DNA of 64,000 nt from Ruditapes philippinarum (taxonomy: Eukaryota), in assembly GCF_026571515.1 (NCBI RefSeq), contig NW_026857242.1, forward strand, positions 372,001 to 436,000, written 5' to 3'. A model generated the notes under the pieces. It had not been told where the DNA came from and made no database searches. It was given only the letters and a program-made list of their open reading frames with translations. Position 1 is the first letter of the stretch; every line of letters starts with the position of its first letter. A program made the position numbers and the translations under genes. Below are positions 27,557 through 40,535 of the stretch, one piece after another.

Positions 27557-28630
27557 TTTGGTGCCTGTTATTAGTCCTAACTACAATTAATGGAAAAAAC
27601 AATATATTAAAGCTTGTTTCGATCTTAACGAGCAGATAACTTCAACTGTTATGAGGAAAATGAGTAAAGTTTCTTAAAGTGTTTGATAAAAATCTTATCT
27701 AATGTGCTGATCTAAACTCCTTTCCGAGATCATAACGATGACAATCTTACCACAGGGAGACAACATTTGAGATTTTCCTGTCTTTTTTATTTTGCTTATT
27801 AAGAGTACTATTCGACTTAGTGCATGCTTTTCGCCGTATAGTGCACTAGGATTCCAAGCTTACAATACACCTAATAGAGTATCACTTTGGTGCACTATTC
27901 AAAAGTATGCCTACTGGGTGTGAAACAGCTTGCCTTGTCCGAATCACGATTTATTGCATACTCAATTATCAATTGTAGAATTAGTTAAAAGATGATACAT
28001 AAAACGTTTCTTTGTAAAGAATCAAATCAAACATGTCTTTAAAACTACTCAAAACATAAAAAGAATATTTTAAAAAGAATCAAACATGTCTTTTAGGTTC
28101 TATGAAATAGAAGAAAATACACTTAAGTAAACCCATTATACTTGTTGCACCATTATAAAAAGTTTTATTTTTAAAGCCAGTGGCTGGATAAAATACTAGA
28201 ATACAAATCACGTGCGTAATTCAAACTAATTCAAAGGAAAGTGCATTTGAATTGCGCAGATGAAAAACAATTTCCGGCTTTGGTTAATTGGAATATTAGG
28301 TTTATTTTGAGGCTATCTTTCAAAAATGTTGATTTGTTTTCCTTCACAAAAGTAAGCTTATCAATGCTTGAATTCAGTACTGCACGCAATTTTAATTTGT
28401 GATATTTGCAAGCGGATATATGGAAATTTGGGGTTTAATACACATAGTACCGACCTTTAAAAAGCCTTTATTTCGAGTTTGTATATAATCATTTTGATTT
28501 TAGTCATGATGGAAACTGATATATAATGTTTTTGAAACTCTATACAAAATACGTTGTTCTGATGTCATTGATGTCGACGAGTGGACAGATCATTATTTAG
28601 TTGATCTTGCTTATTGCACATTTTATGTAC

Positions 28631-28856
28631 ATTTGAGCCGTGTCATGACAAAACCAACATAATGGGTTTGCGACCAGCATGGATCCAGACGCAGTCTGAT
28701 CAGGATCCATGCTGTTCGCTATCAGTTTCTCTACTTGTAATAGAGTTGGTAAGCGAACAGCATGGATCCTGATCGGACTGCGCGGATGCGCAGGCTGGTC
28801 TGGATCCATGCTGGTCACAAACGCACTATGTTGGTTTTGTCGTGACACGGCTCATT
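28631..28856. mobile_element. palindromic MITE family A, copy 2 (left-arm deletion)
   Basis: Same terminal inverted repeats and core as 1623-1850. Confidence 0.9.
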
Positions 28857-31014
28857 TACTTTCATGCGTATAAACCCACAGACACTTGTTATAATTTTTA
28901 TCTTGTGTATTATTATAGATGTTGAAATATGAATTTTTTTCAAAACGGCTTATTTTAAGTTTTTTGATATATATGATCAGTACATGTGCTGGGATTGACA
29001 AATATGCATTTTATTTGGATTTTAAAGGCGTTTTGAGCTCCAAACCCCAAGTGTCTGTGTATAAACCAATGATTTTACAAAACAAAATAAAACATTTATT
29101 GATACAAGAAAGAAATACAAATATATCATAATCAAATTTGATATTTGCAACATAGTCTGTATGTAAAATTAAAATAAACATTTTTTTAGTACACACAGAG
29201 AATATACTTAAACGTTCACTCCCGGTTATGTATAGTGTTACAAAAACTGTCAGTTTCTTAAGAAAGAACTATATCAATTTGACCATACGGAATGCAGCTT
29301 CCCATTGATAATTAGTGCATTCTTTCATTTAAAGAAGACACATTCTGCAAGAATTTGATAAAATTCAATACTTTTCTAGAATAAAAGTATTTAACTCAAA
29401 GATGAATTTAGCATATCTTTAAACGTTATACGAATATTGTTATTTTTTGTGCTTTAACTCTTAAATGAAATATCCACAATTCATCTCGAGGTATATAAAT
29501 TAGAGAAAAGAAGCGTTCACTTTACTGTGATTGATTGACAGCTACTGACTTAATTAGCTGATGTTAAAATAGATAGATGATACACGAAGTCAACTGACCT
29601 TCCACAACACTGATTTAGACACGTGTTGATAAAAAGGACCAGTCAATATATCAACTGTTCTCAATGTAGGTCAGCAAAATCCAAACATTTTACTGTAATG
29701 CAAGACATATATATCTAAGAAATTACATGATTTATAAGAAAACTGATATCTAGTATGGTGAGTTTATCATCAAATGAAATAAAAAAAATATATATACATG
29801 TAAAAAAATAAATTAATGTCAATGTAATAAACACAATGTTAAAAGAACCTTTCATATTAAATGAGGCGACACAGCAAATGTTTAATATTAAGAAAAGCAT
29901 GGCAGCTCTCATAAAGTTAATGATATTTTCTGGTCCTTTGGCTTTTCATACTGCTTAAATCGGTGTTATGGGAAATATGGTGTACGTTTATGTGTGTGTG
30001 TGTGTTTTATATGAAAATCTTAACTATGCTACTTAACTGATATAATGTTCAAGATTTAAGTTCTATACATATGTTTGGTATTCCCTGTGGTATCTATCAG
30101 AATTTATCGCTTCTGTCCATCTACTATACTATCACCTCAGGTCATTTATAGGCTAACCCAACCAATTGATAAAGGAGTTGCTTGTTAATTCGAGACACTA
30201 TGATAAATTGAATGATATACTAGCCGAGACAAAATAACACTGTATTAATGTTTGTGCGCTAAGAGAGATTTTATGTTGCTTGACATTGGAAACAAGACGA
30301 TCAGTATTAAATAATAAGGCCGTCTTTTATTTCCTGCGTTCAGATACTAGCTTATCAAATTCTATATAACAAGTCAACCTAATAATTTAGAATAATTTTT
30401 TTAATATTGATTAAAAAAGATACAGATACAAAAACTTGTGTATGTTTTGGAAGCACGTTTACATTAACAAATGAACTACTGACTAAGGACTATTGGGTAT
30501 TAGTCAAAGGAGGTCATGGGGAAACAAAAAACAATATATTCTAAATAAAAATATGACTTGCAATGAGTTATCTTTATTTCATAAGCACTTACTCAAGTAT
30601 GTCTCAATCAAGAATAATAATAATTTATAAAAACCTGTGCAGTCTTTGACACATATAAAACACTTTGTGGTTGTTATAAAGAGCCAATAAAACAAATTAT
30701 TCTTTACATGAAAATATATACAATACACGCTATTGCGCGCTTTTCTTATTGCATTATAAATTATATAAACATACAAAACACCTCATATAGTTATGATTCA
30801 ATGAAGTAAAAATTATAATTATTAACAGCAAATGTTTTTATATAGCCATTTTTAAGCCATTATTTCAGACATGTGCTGTGTCACATCGAATTATATCAAC
30901 TTCATTAATCTACACGTGAAAAATATTTAGTTTTGTTTTCTATGTCTGGAGACAGGGAAGTGAGCATATCAAACATTAGTCTATTAACAGACTGTTTATA
31001 CATCACGATGCAAA

Positions 31015-31200
31015 ATGCAGGAAACATCCATAATGCATTAAAAGAAAGGAAATCTCTCTATCTGATTCCTATTCGTGCTTGATGACGTCATAGTTGTGTA
31101 CAGGTAATGTATTTGTTTACAAGGAGGAAGTTAGACAGAAGTAGGGAATACATGCATCGTAGCAGCATGTCGTAATTTGATATCATAAATTTGTTATTTA
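31015..31200 (+). promoter_or_regulatory. representative copy of a 5x repeated CRE + forkhead (+ TATA-like in the other copies) module
   Basis: TGACGTCA at 31083 and TGTTTAC ~30 bp downstream. Homologous blocks at 22888, 26005, 32668 and 35354. Regulatory function is inferred only. Confidence 0.4.
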
Positions 31201-34200
31201 AAATGTGAACGTTTTCAGAAAAAGACAAATATTGTTATGATAAACAGTTGGATGAAGCAATTTTAGATACTTTCAGTTCACAACATGTCATAAGGTTTAA
31301 CTAATTTCAGTAATGTTATTTACAGAAGTAAAATGAAATTTTTATACTTTGATTTTGATAATTCCTGGGCACAACAAAAAACCTTTATTTAGTTTTTAGA
31401 TATCACGTTTTCATTAAAATAATTGTAAATTGCTGATATTTTCCTGTTTAATTATTATTGTACAGAAAAAGTAGTTTAATACAATAGTTAGCTAACTGTT
31501 TGTTATGTTTTGATTATTGGTCAATTCTTGAATAATAAATTATCAAAGATAAGAACAAAGGAACTGAATAGAATGAAAACTTCCTTAGGCAGTTGACTGT
31601 CATTTCCAGGGAGAGCTTAATTGTCACATATAATATAGGATGATATTTAATGTTTAACTATTGAAGTACGTAAACTAAAGTCATATTTGTTTAACATAAA
31701 AGAAAAAGATCAAGATTACAAGTGCAGTGAATTCTATGCCAAAAAAAAGAAAATAAGCTATTATATTATTAATGTTTCAACTTATATGCTTTAAAGCATT
31801 TATTAAGAAGGAAATATGAAAATGCTTAAAGCAGTGAATCATTTTCTTATAGAATTATATTGATTTATATAAACACATCACTTGAAGATTGTTATTTATT
31901 GTCCAAAGGTTTAGAACATTTGAAATATATCTAAAATATACCAGGCGTGATTGGTTTGTTTGAAGATTTTTTAATGTGATCGAAAAGGAAATTAATTCAT
32001 AATAGGGAAACATGCCGTGTTAAAATGATATACATGCAAAGAGCGAAGTAATTTTCTACAAGATAGTTGAATCATTTCTTTTATTTTTTTATTTTTGAGG
32101 TAAATTTGTTTACCAAAACAAGATTTGTTTATCAAGCATATTCTATGATAAATAATTCAGTACAAACTGTGTCCTTCCAGGTGTAGAAAGAAATATATCA
32201 TATTATGATAAAGTATTTCGAAACGTATGAATGGCCACCTGAGAAGAAAATTTTCTTTACTCATCCTATTTTTCATCTCTAATTTAATTTCATAACGGTA
32301 TATCTAAGTTCTTCTGTATACTTAAAGATTATTATGAAAAGTTGGCCAGCTTAATATATTTAATAATTGCTGTTATAGACGAAAGGAAATTGTAACATTT
32401 CATGAACCACTCTCCAGTTTGTTTAATTATACACAAAAAAATATCAAATAGATAAATCTATCTGAAAACATATTTTGGCATTCGTATTGATATGTCAATC
32501 CATCTATTCCAGCTAAATCAGAATATTTATCCCATACTAGCTTGATATGTAAGTGCCAAATTACGACTTTGTTTTTTTTGTAATTCATTAATAAGACGTG
32601 TGTAATTTATTGATAAGCGAAGGCGGAAACAATGAATAAAAATGCATAAGTTCGTATTTAAGTTTGGTGACGTCATAGCTAAAGACAGGTGATATTTGTT
32701 TACAAAGAAACTACATAAAAAGCACTGAAAGCTTGTAGTCTGTCAATATGTCAATTTTATCATCATTGTAATTCGCTTTAAGAGTGGACGCTTATTTCTA
32801 GAATGAAACAACTTAGTCAAAAGCTACTATTTTTAGGAAGTGGATAGTTCATTTTTTTGCTTTTCTAATAAGTTAATGAAAAACAATATAACCAAACGTT
32901 ATACATGTATAGTATCTAATGGTAAATGCTTTTAATGGTAAATGCTTAACATTGACTTGTCTTAATATTGTTAAACATTTTGTTTAAGTGCTAGAATTCC
33001 TCTAAAAATCAAGTTTAATTGATCCATAACTCTTATATCACTGTGACATTATAAATGTCTGCTTTTTCTGAATTTGTCTCTTAATAGTCGTCTATAATAT
33101 GATTGTTTTATTACCCACCGTATGACCACATGGATCCATGAATGACAATAATTTTATCAAGTTTTAAAGAATCTATTGTTTGCATAAATTGACAGTTTGA
33201 CCTGAAAATCGAAATATTTTTAACACAAATCACAATCTTTTCACACATGCTTTCTAATTGCAGTTTAATGCTGAAATTATGACTATCATTACATTATATT
33301 ATTATATGATTATATTATATTTTTGTATTGATATGCAATCATCAACAGACCTATGCAATATAATCTGCGTAAAGTGAATGATATGAAGTATTTGAACGAG
33401 TTATCTTCACAGAAATTTTAAATTTTTTCAGGTGTTGAATAAAACATTTTGATCATAATTACCTTGGAAAAAAAGAAGATTATTCTTAGAGAATGATATT
33501 TAGATTAAACCTATCTCAACAATCAGGAATTAGAGCAAAACATAATTTTTTATCGATGGGTGATAAACATAAAACGTTAAATATTAAAATCCAAACAGGA
33601 AATAAGGTTATGAAAACATCTCTGTTAATACTTAAGTTCAAACACTAATGACAGAACAGCAGCCTCCCATGATTTCTACTATTTAAGATCAAAGGTGCAG
33701 ATACTGTTGTTTGATTGACAATAAATAACTTAATAAGCAGATATCAAAGTTAATACAAGAGGCACAGAATCAGCTGGTATTCTAGCAATATAAATTACAC
33801 TTGTGTTTAATCTAAAGAATGTCAGTTATGATTAATTATGATTTACTTATATTTGTCTAGCATTGAAAATAAAATAATATTTAAGTGGTAGGATTTTATT
33901 TATTGCATGTGTATTTAACTTGTCACTGCTATCAAAATTAAAGACGAAAAAATAAAGGTATATTACCTGTTAAACAATATTGGAACTAAGCACAGCATAA
34001 TATTATATAAATATTGATGTCAACATAATAATGATATTACTTAGCTAAACTTTGTAAAGCAATAAAAAGAGAACTCGTGCTGAACAACTTCCCACCTCCA
34101 TACACAGCAAATTAAACGAGGATGGACACATGTTAGCAAACTCTTTATGTATCATTACTTTACAATAAATGATTTAAAAAAACCAACATCAAAGAAATGA

Positions 34201-37200
34201 TACATTAACACACATCTTTCAAATAAACTGGACAGGAATTTTTCATTTTTCAACTTATATAAAATCACCCCATGTCATCTATAGCACTAAAATAGTAAAA
34301 TTAACAAAAAAAAGTAACAGACATTTTATATTTGCCTGAGAAACTATGGTGAATATAAAAATGATAAGAAATAGCGCGACAGTTTAAAAGTACTGAAGCA
34401 GAAGAAATAGTACATGATTTAGATTGACTTCTGTATTTTTAAAAAAAATCTTTAGAAATGTAATAAAATTATTATGCTGATATATGTTTGGACTTTGGAC
34501 TATTGCTTGTTATATAATCAGAACCGTCTAGTCTTGTATAATCTTAATTTTTAGTCAATGCTTTGAATGGTAATTTCACCAATATTTCCAAGCATGATAT
34601 TGAGGAAAAGTATATAATCAATAATCATGTAATTATGCGGTCTCACATATAACTTTATGATGCATATAAATCTTTTCTCCAAAGAGACTCTTTCATGTTT
34701 TTATTGAATAAACAGAAGATATTTATCTATAATTTGTTTCCTCTGGCAAAAGAACTTTTTTCAGAGGAAAATTGCTTTCATAGTTACAGGAACATGAAAA
34801 TGATGCTGTGCATTTCAAAAACGCCAATCTCTGGAATTCCTTTATGAAATCAAACGTCTTTGTATGAGATCGGTTATATGATTTCATCAAAGCATGTATC
34901 TATTTGATTAATGTCTGCAAACCAAGTAAAATACATATATTGAAAACAAAGCTGCGTGACTTTCCAATATGCAAGTAGACATTTTAAATGTTTTATTGCG
35001 TTGTTACATCCCATCAAGTGTAATGCATCACGAAGAACAAATATTGAAATATACTCAATATAGATATCCTAAAAAAATTATAAGTAGAAAACTGTGTATA
35101 TATATATTTTTTTTAAAAGCAAGTTATTAAATTTGATGCTATAATCCAGTTATTTTCTATTATGTCATTTGGTGTTGTTATTCTGATTCATTTTCTTTTA
35201 TTATCGTTATAAGATAATAAAAAGTCAAAAGGACAACATTTTCAACATGTTTTTCAATTGTAGTAATAGAACGTGTACTTGATCTTCAGAAACAGAAACA
35301 GAAACAACCATAATTTATTACATTTAAATTATTTCTTGTCTATGCGTGCCCGATGATGTAATATGTTTAGAAAGGTGATATATTTGTTTACAGAAAAATA
35401 AGATAAAAGGAAGGAATACATGACTTTTAACAGCGTGTGGTAATATGATTTTTGTTTGACTGAAATAAAGCATAATTTATATATATTATATATATTTTTT
35501 ACATATTAAACAGGCATTGATTCTACCTTTGGTATTTATTAGAAATTCGTATAATAAAGTAAAGTACCTTAAAAAATTATGTAATGGATTTTATACAGTT
35601 TTATTAAGACAGTAAAAGACAAACTTTATTTATAGATAGTTATTGTCAACAGTGCAAAGCATAAGCTTTAAACTTGTATCCGACATGAAATTATATTATC
35701 TGATGTAAATATATCATAATCATAAATACTACTTTGTCACAGGAATATTCTTAAAAGTTGATTGTCACTTTAATCAGAAGGTAACCAGAACATTTAGATA
35801 AGTTAAATAGTAAAGATAATTTCTAATTAATACGTGACATGTAAGTGATAGATGAAATCCTGCATGATAAATTGCCAAATCTGCAAGCCAGAAACTGAAT
35901 GATGACTCTGTGTTTGTTTATGGGAAATTAGGCACTATACACATTAATTAAAAATGCAATGATATTGTGAACAAGTATGTCGTTATCTAACATAAACATG
36001 TTTATTATGGTATTAGATATGCAGAAAACAATTAAAACGACAATATCAACAATCATTTCCTGATTGATTGGCAAACAGCAATTGTGAGCGCATTAAAATA
36101 ATGAGAATACTATCTCGTATTTAATACATAAAATAATGGATTGCTTATTCTTTAAATTTACGTAGATAAACATTATTTCTGTAATATGTTCACCGGTAAG
36201 TTGACTTAAGTAATCAATGCGAGTTAAAGTGTTACTTTTATAATCTTAGGTTTATCTTAATATTGAATTGACCAAACTGTTCACTTGTATCACAGTAGTT
36301 AATTGCCATTGTAGTCCATTTGTTTCCCATGGATTTGCACTTTGTTTTAGGTTTTGAAGTTAATCAGTAAGTTAAGTTAAGTTAAATGGGATTAAGTTAA
36401 AATAAGTTAAGTTAGTTTCTTTCACACATCAGCACATTATAAGGTATATTGTCCCACTTAAGATGGACAGACACATTAATCATTAAACAGGTGCGGTTTT
36501 TGTATACATTGCTTGCAATGTATACAGAGTTATAGCTGTATTTCAGATTTAGTACACCTAACCTGTTTTGCTGAACAACATCCACCTTTGGATGAAACCT
36601 CGATAAAAGTAGATCCTCATTTTGCAGGATTGTCACATTAAGATCACTTTTTATTAATATACTGTTTGCATAGTGGTCAATAAGCTTTGAAAGTTCAAAA
36701 CTATGCACTTTCAGTTTAAATAAACATTTTCTAAACATGAAAGCAAAAAATATGAAAATTTCTATTTCATTCATAAAAGCATTGTGTAAACCTACGCTTC
36801 AAACTTCGTATCCACGCATGCGCGTGCAAGAATGAATGAATTACGACAGACTCTGTATAAAAATATGTCCAACATCCAAAATTAATATTAAATCAAACAA
36901 GTAAACCTTATTTACTTTTAAATATAGACTTGCATACTTTTTCTATTTCAAACTGTTTTAGAAAACGAGCATATACAGATATATATGTCTTATTTAGTGT
37001 TATGTAACATTGTAAGCGTCTGTATGAATGGATTAAAGTTTACGTTCTGAAAACGTATTGTCATATAATTGCATATAATAGAACCCTATCAACGTGGTGG
37101 CATCGGAGGAGTATGCAATTATTTGTTTCACACCTGCAGTGTGAAGTATTTCTGCCACTTTAGTGAAATATATCGTCCAAAAGCCATTTTCGGGAAAGGG

Positions 37201-37228
37201 AAGATTCGTACTCAATATTATTCGAACT

Positions 37229-39116
37229 CTTCTTCTTCTCTTCTTCTTCTTCCAATATAGTACAGACACCTTCCGGCGTATACTCGTACTAGCGCAGCGC
37301 GGTGTGAGAAGTGTCTATGTACAAGAGTGATTTAAAAAAGTACTATGTATAGTGCTGGTAAAAAGGTAAAAACACCGGACTGTCTATCGGAGAGTGAGTG
37401 GGAGTGCTTCCCTCTTGAAGCTGTCTATGGTTGTACAGCTTACAACTGTCTGGGGAAGACTGTTCCAGAGGCGGATGGTGTCTGGGAAGAAGGATCGCTG
37501 GAAGCACTGGGTCCTTGCAAATGGTACCAGGTTGTGAAGTCCATGTCCTCGAACAGAGATGACTGGGGTGAGGTTGGATGAAGGGACTTCTACTAGGCCA
37601 TTTACTATACGGTACATCATGGTCACCTTGGCATGGGCTCTGCGTTCTCGGAGGGTAGGCCACTGTAGGTGTTGCAGCATCGATGTCACACTGCTGGTTC
37701 TTCTGTAGTCTGAGAAGACCATTCTTGCTGCTCGGCGCTGCACCATCTCCAGTTTCCAGATATTTGCCTCAGTGAAAGGGTCCCAGATGATAGAGGAGTA
37801 TTCCACCAGAGGTCTCACGAGGGTCATATAGCAGAGCTCTTTGGTCCTTCTTGGGCATTGATTGATGTTTCTCTGTAGAAAGGATGTGGCATTGTTGGCT
37901 TTCTTTGTAGTTAGATCAATGTGATGGTTCCTGTTTAGTGACTTCTGGAAGTTGAGGCCTAAATATTTTGCTGTATCTACTTCTTCTAAGATGTGTCCAT
38001 GGATGTTATATGGTTGTCTGATTGGTTTTCTCTTGTTTGTTATGTGGAGTATCTGGCATTTTTGAGGGTGGAATTTCATCAACCAATCCCTTTCCCATCT
38101 TTGTAGTCCATCTAGGTCTTTTTGTAGGGCTATAGCATCTTGGTCTGAGTGGATAGAGCGGTAAAGGGCACAGTCGTCAGCAAACATTCTAGTGGTGGAT
38201 TCAGGTGATACATAGTTGGGTAGATCATTAATGAAGATGAGAAATAAGAGAGGTCCTAGAACACTGCCTTGTGGGACACCTGACTGGACAGGTGCTTCAC
38301 CCGATTTGCTGCCGTCTAGTAACACTCTCTGGCTCCGATCCCCTAGGAAGCTGTTTATCCATTTTAGTAGGTTGTTTCGTATACCATAGAATTGAAGTTT
38401 TGTAAGTAATCGGTGGTGTGGGACCTTGTCGAAAGCTTTGGAAAAATCTAATAAAATGACATCAGTCTGACCAGCAGAGTCCATATTGCAAGCAAGGTCC
38501 TGGACTGTCAGTAAAAGTTGAGTCTCACAGGATCTGCGTTTACGAAATCCATGCTGGGCATCTGTAAGTATGTTGTAGGTGTCAAGGTGTTTCATAATGG
38601 TGCTTGTAACGATGTGCTCAAGTGCCTTACATGCTATGGAAGTAAGAGAGACAGGTCTGTAGTTCTCTGCTTTACTGCGGTCGCCTTCTTGAAAATTGGT
38701 ACCACGTTGGCAGTTTTCCAGTCGTCAGGGATGATTCCTTGGTCCACAGATGCCTGGAAGAACAGTGTAAATACAGGAGTAAGTTCTGTAGCTGCTTCCT
38801 TTAGAAGTCTTGCTGGGAGTTGATCTGGACCTGTAGCCTTGTGTGGATTAAGTCCTGCAAAGATCTTCTGTACTCCGCTCTCTGTGATTGTAATATGTCC
38901 AACCGTATCATGTGGGCTTGGTCCCGTATCAGGAATAGTTGAGATGTCTTCATCCTTGTTGAAAACTGAAGAGAACTGCTCATTCAGGATATTGGCCTTT
39001 GTGTCGCTGTCGGAGTGAGTCATGCCCGTTTTTGCTTTCAGTGGTGCTACTCCCTGACTGTCTGTTTTCTTGCTTTTAATGAAACTGTAGAACCTTTTGG
39101 GATTAGAGGCAGACAA
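37229..39116 (-). mobile_element. 5'-truncated non-LTR retrotransposon (CR1/L2-group LINE), RT region
   Basis: ORFs 38634-39116 and 37384-38595 encode RT motifs (QHGFR, LDFSKAFDKV, GVPQGSVLGPLLFLIFINDL, MFADD, KYLG). A short 3' UTR is followed by a (GAA)n tail at about 37229-37252. No endonuclease domain is present. Confidence 0.93.
37384..39116 (-). pseudogene. reverse transcriptase ORF2 remnant with a single frameshift at ~38685
   Basis: Restoring one G in AAG AAG G(G)C GAC gives the canonical PIFKKGDRSKAENYRPVSLTSIACKALEHIV and joins the two ORFs. There are no internal stops otherwise. Confidence 0.85.
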
Positions 39117-40387
39117 TCCTAGAAAAACTAAGGATTTGTACTCAAAATTATTCGAATTTAGCCTTCGTAATCGGTATTATTCGAACTGACAATCATGGCA
39201 GATACGTTTAGACCCCCCTGGACATTTAGATGTTGAAAATGGTAACATATCACATAACTTTATCAAATGAAAGCGCCAATGGAAATTTACTTTACCAGTG
39301 TTGACTGCCAGTGGAAATGCTGAGAAAGATGAAAAGATACAAGTAAATATCCTATTACACTGTGCTGGACCTAAAGTTATCAATTTACATGGGCAAATGC
39401 AGACCATAAACTGAAAGTGAAAAAAATATTTGACAATCCTAGAAAAAATGAAGTGCTAGAATCACACAGATTTTGGGTAACAAATCCAGATGAATATTCA
39501 TCATTTGACAGTTTTCTTAAAGAGTTTTGAAAGCATGTTGAGTCTAGAAATATATTTTGAAATATGTTATTTACAATCAAATCACTCAGTCAGGCTTAGC
39601 CACCCTTAACATTTTTTTTCATAACTCCTTAGACTATTGATATATATAAGGTAAAATTATTAGCCATATATGAGCTTATGATTGCATGGGCAGTTAAATT
39701 AAAGCCATTAGTAAAAAAAGGGTTAACCTGGGATAACCAAAGTGAAGAGTGAAATATGACACTCAACACAGGAATATTCTAAATATTTAGATTGATGTTT
39801 ATGATCAGATTTAGCACAAATAGTAATTTAATTTCCCCTGATACCACAAATATGAATTTATTTAGAGTCCTGAAGATCTTTTTATGATGAAATCTTAACT
39901 GAAAAACCAGGTTTAACTGAATAATTATAAAATTCCTTGCCACAATAACTAAAAGGTACATTAAGCCAGTCAAAAAAAAATTCTATCCATATTCATCATT
40001 CCTCCATCCATTTGATGAATTTCTCCAACTGGTAAATTTTTCATCTTATTATGTTCTGTTTGTTAATATAAAAGATTTTTTATGTTTATATACAGCTAGA
40101 ATAGTCTGTAATGGCTAAGATAGACAGATAAGAACAAACTATTTAGTATACATGAGTTACATCCCTTCAAATGGAAATAAAGATGAAACCCATAAGAAAT
40201 TGCCATGTCTGACAGACAGCAAAATTATAAAATTCTGCAGGCTCAGTTTAATTAGGCCCATTAGGAGGTAGTGGTAACAACTGTGGGTCAAAAATGAAAT
40301 GATATCATTTTCAAGGGATGCTTCTGATATGATTTACTTTAAAAAATGGGTCATTATCAATGAATGTTTCTTTGACTTCTATGCCCA

Positions 40388-40535
40388 TGTGTAATAGATT
40401 ATTGACATTGCCAGCTAGATAGCTCAGCTGAGTGAGTCAGTACAGCCCACATACATGTATAATATTCTGATTCAGGTTTGATTCCGGTCAAACTGCACAT
40501 TTTTCTCACCCTGTGATATTTTCACCCTGTTACTT
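40388..40535 (+). repeat. degenerate tRNA-derived repeat
   Basis: A-box-like tagctcagctga, B-box-like ggtttgattcc, then ctgcacattttctcaccctgtga (partly duplicated). Not an intact cloverleaf. Confidence 0.45.

Noticed and set aside
28597-28848. 83-aa ORF (MDPDQPAHPR...)
   Set aside because: Chance reading frame through MITE family A.
37343-38983. Overlapping alternative-frame and antisense ORFs
   Set aside because: Shadows of the GC-richer RT coding sequence.
40405-40500. Functional tRNA gene
   Set aside because: A/B boxes are degenerate, with no intact acceptor or anticodon stems.
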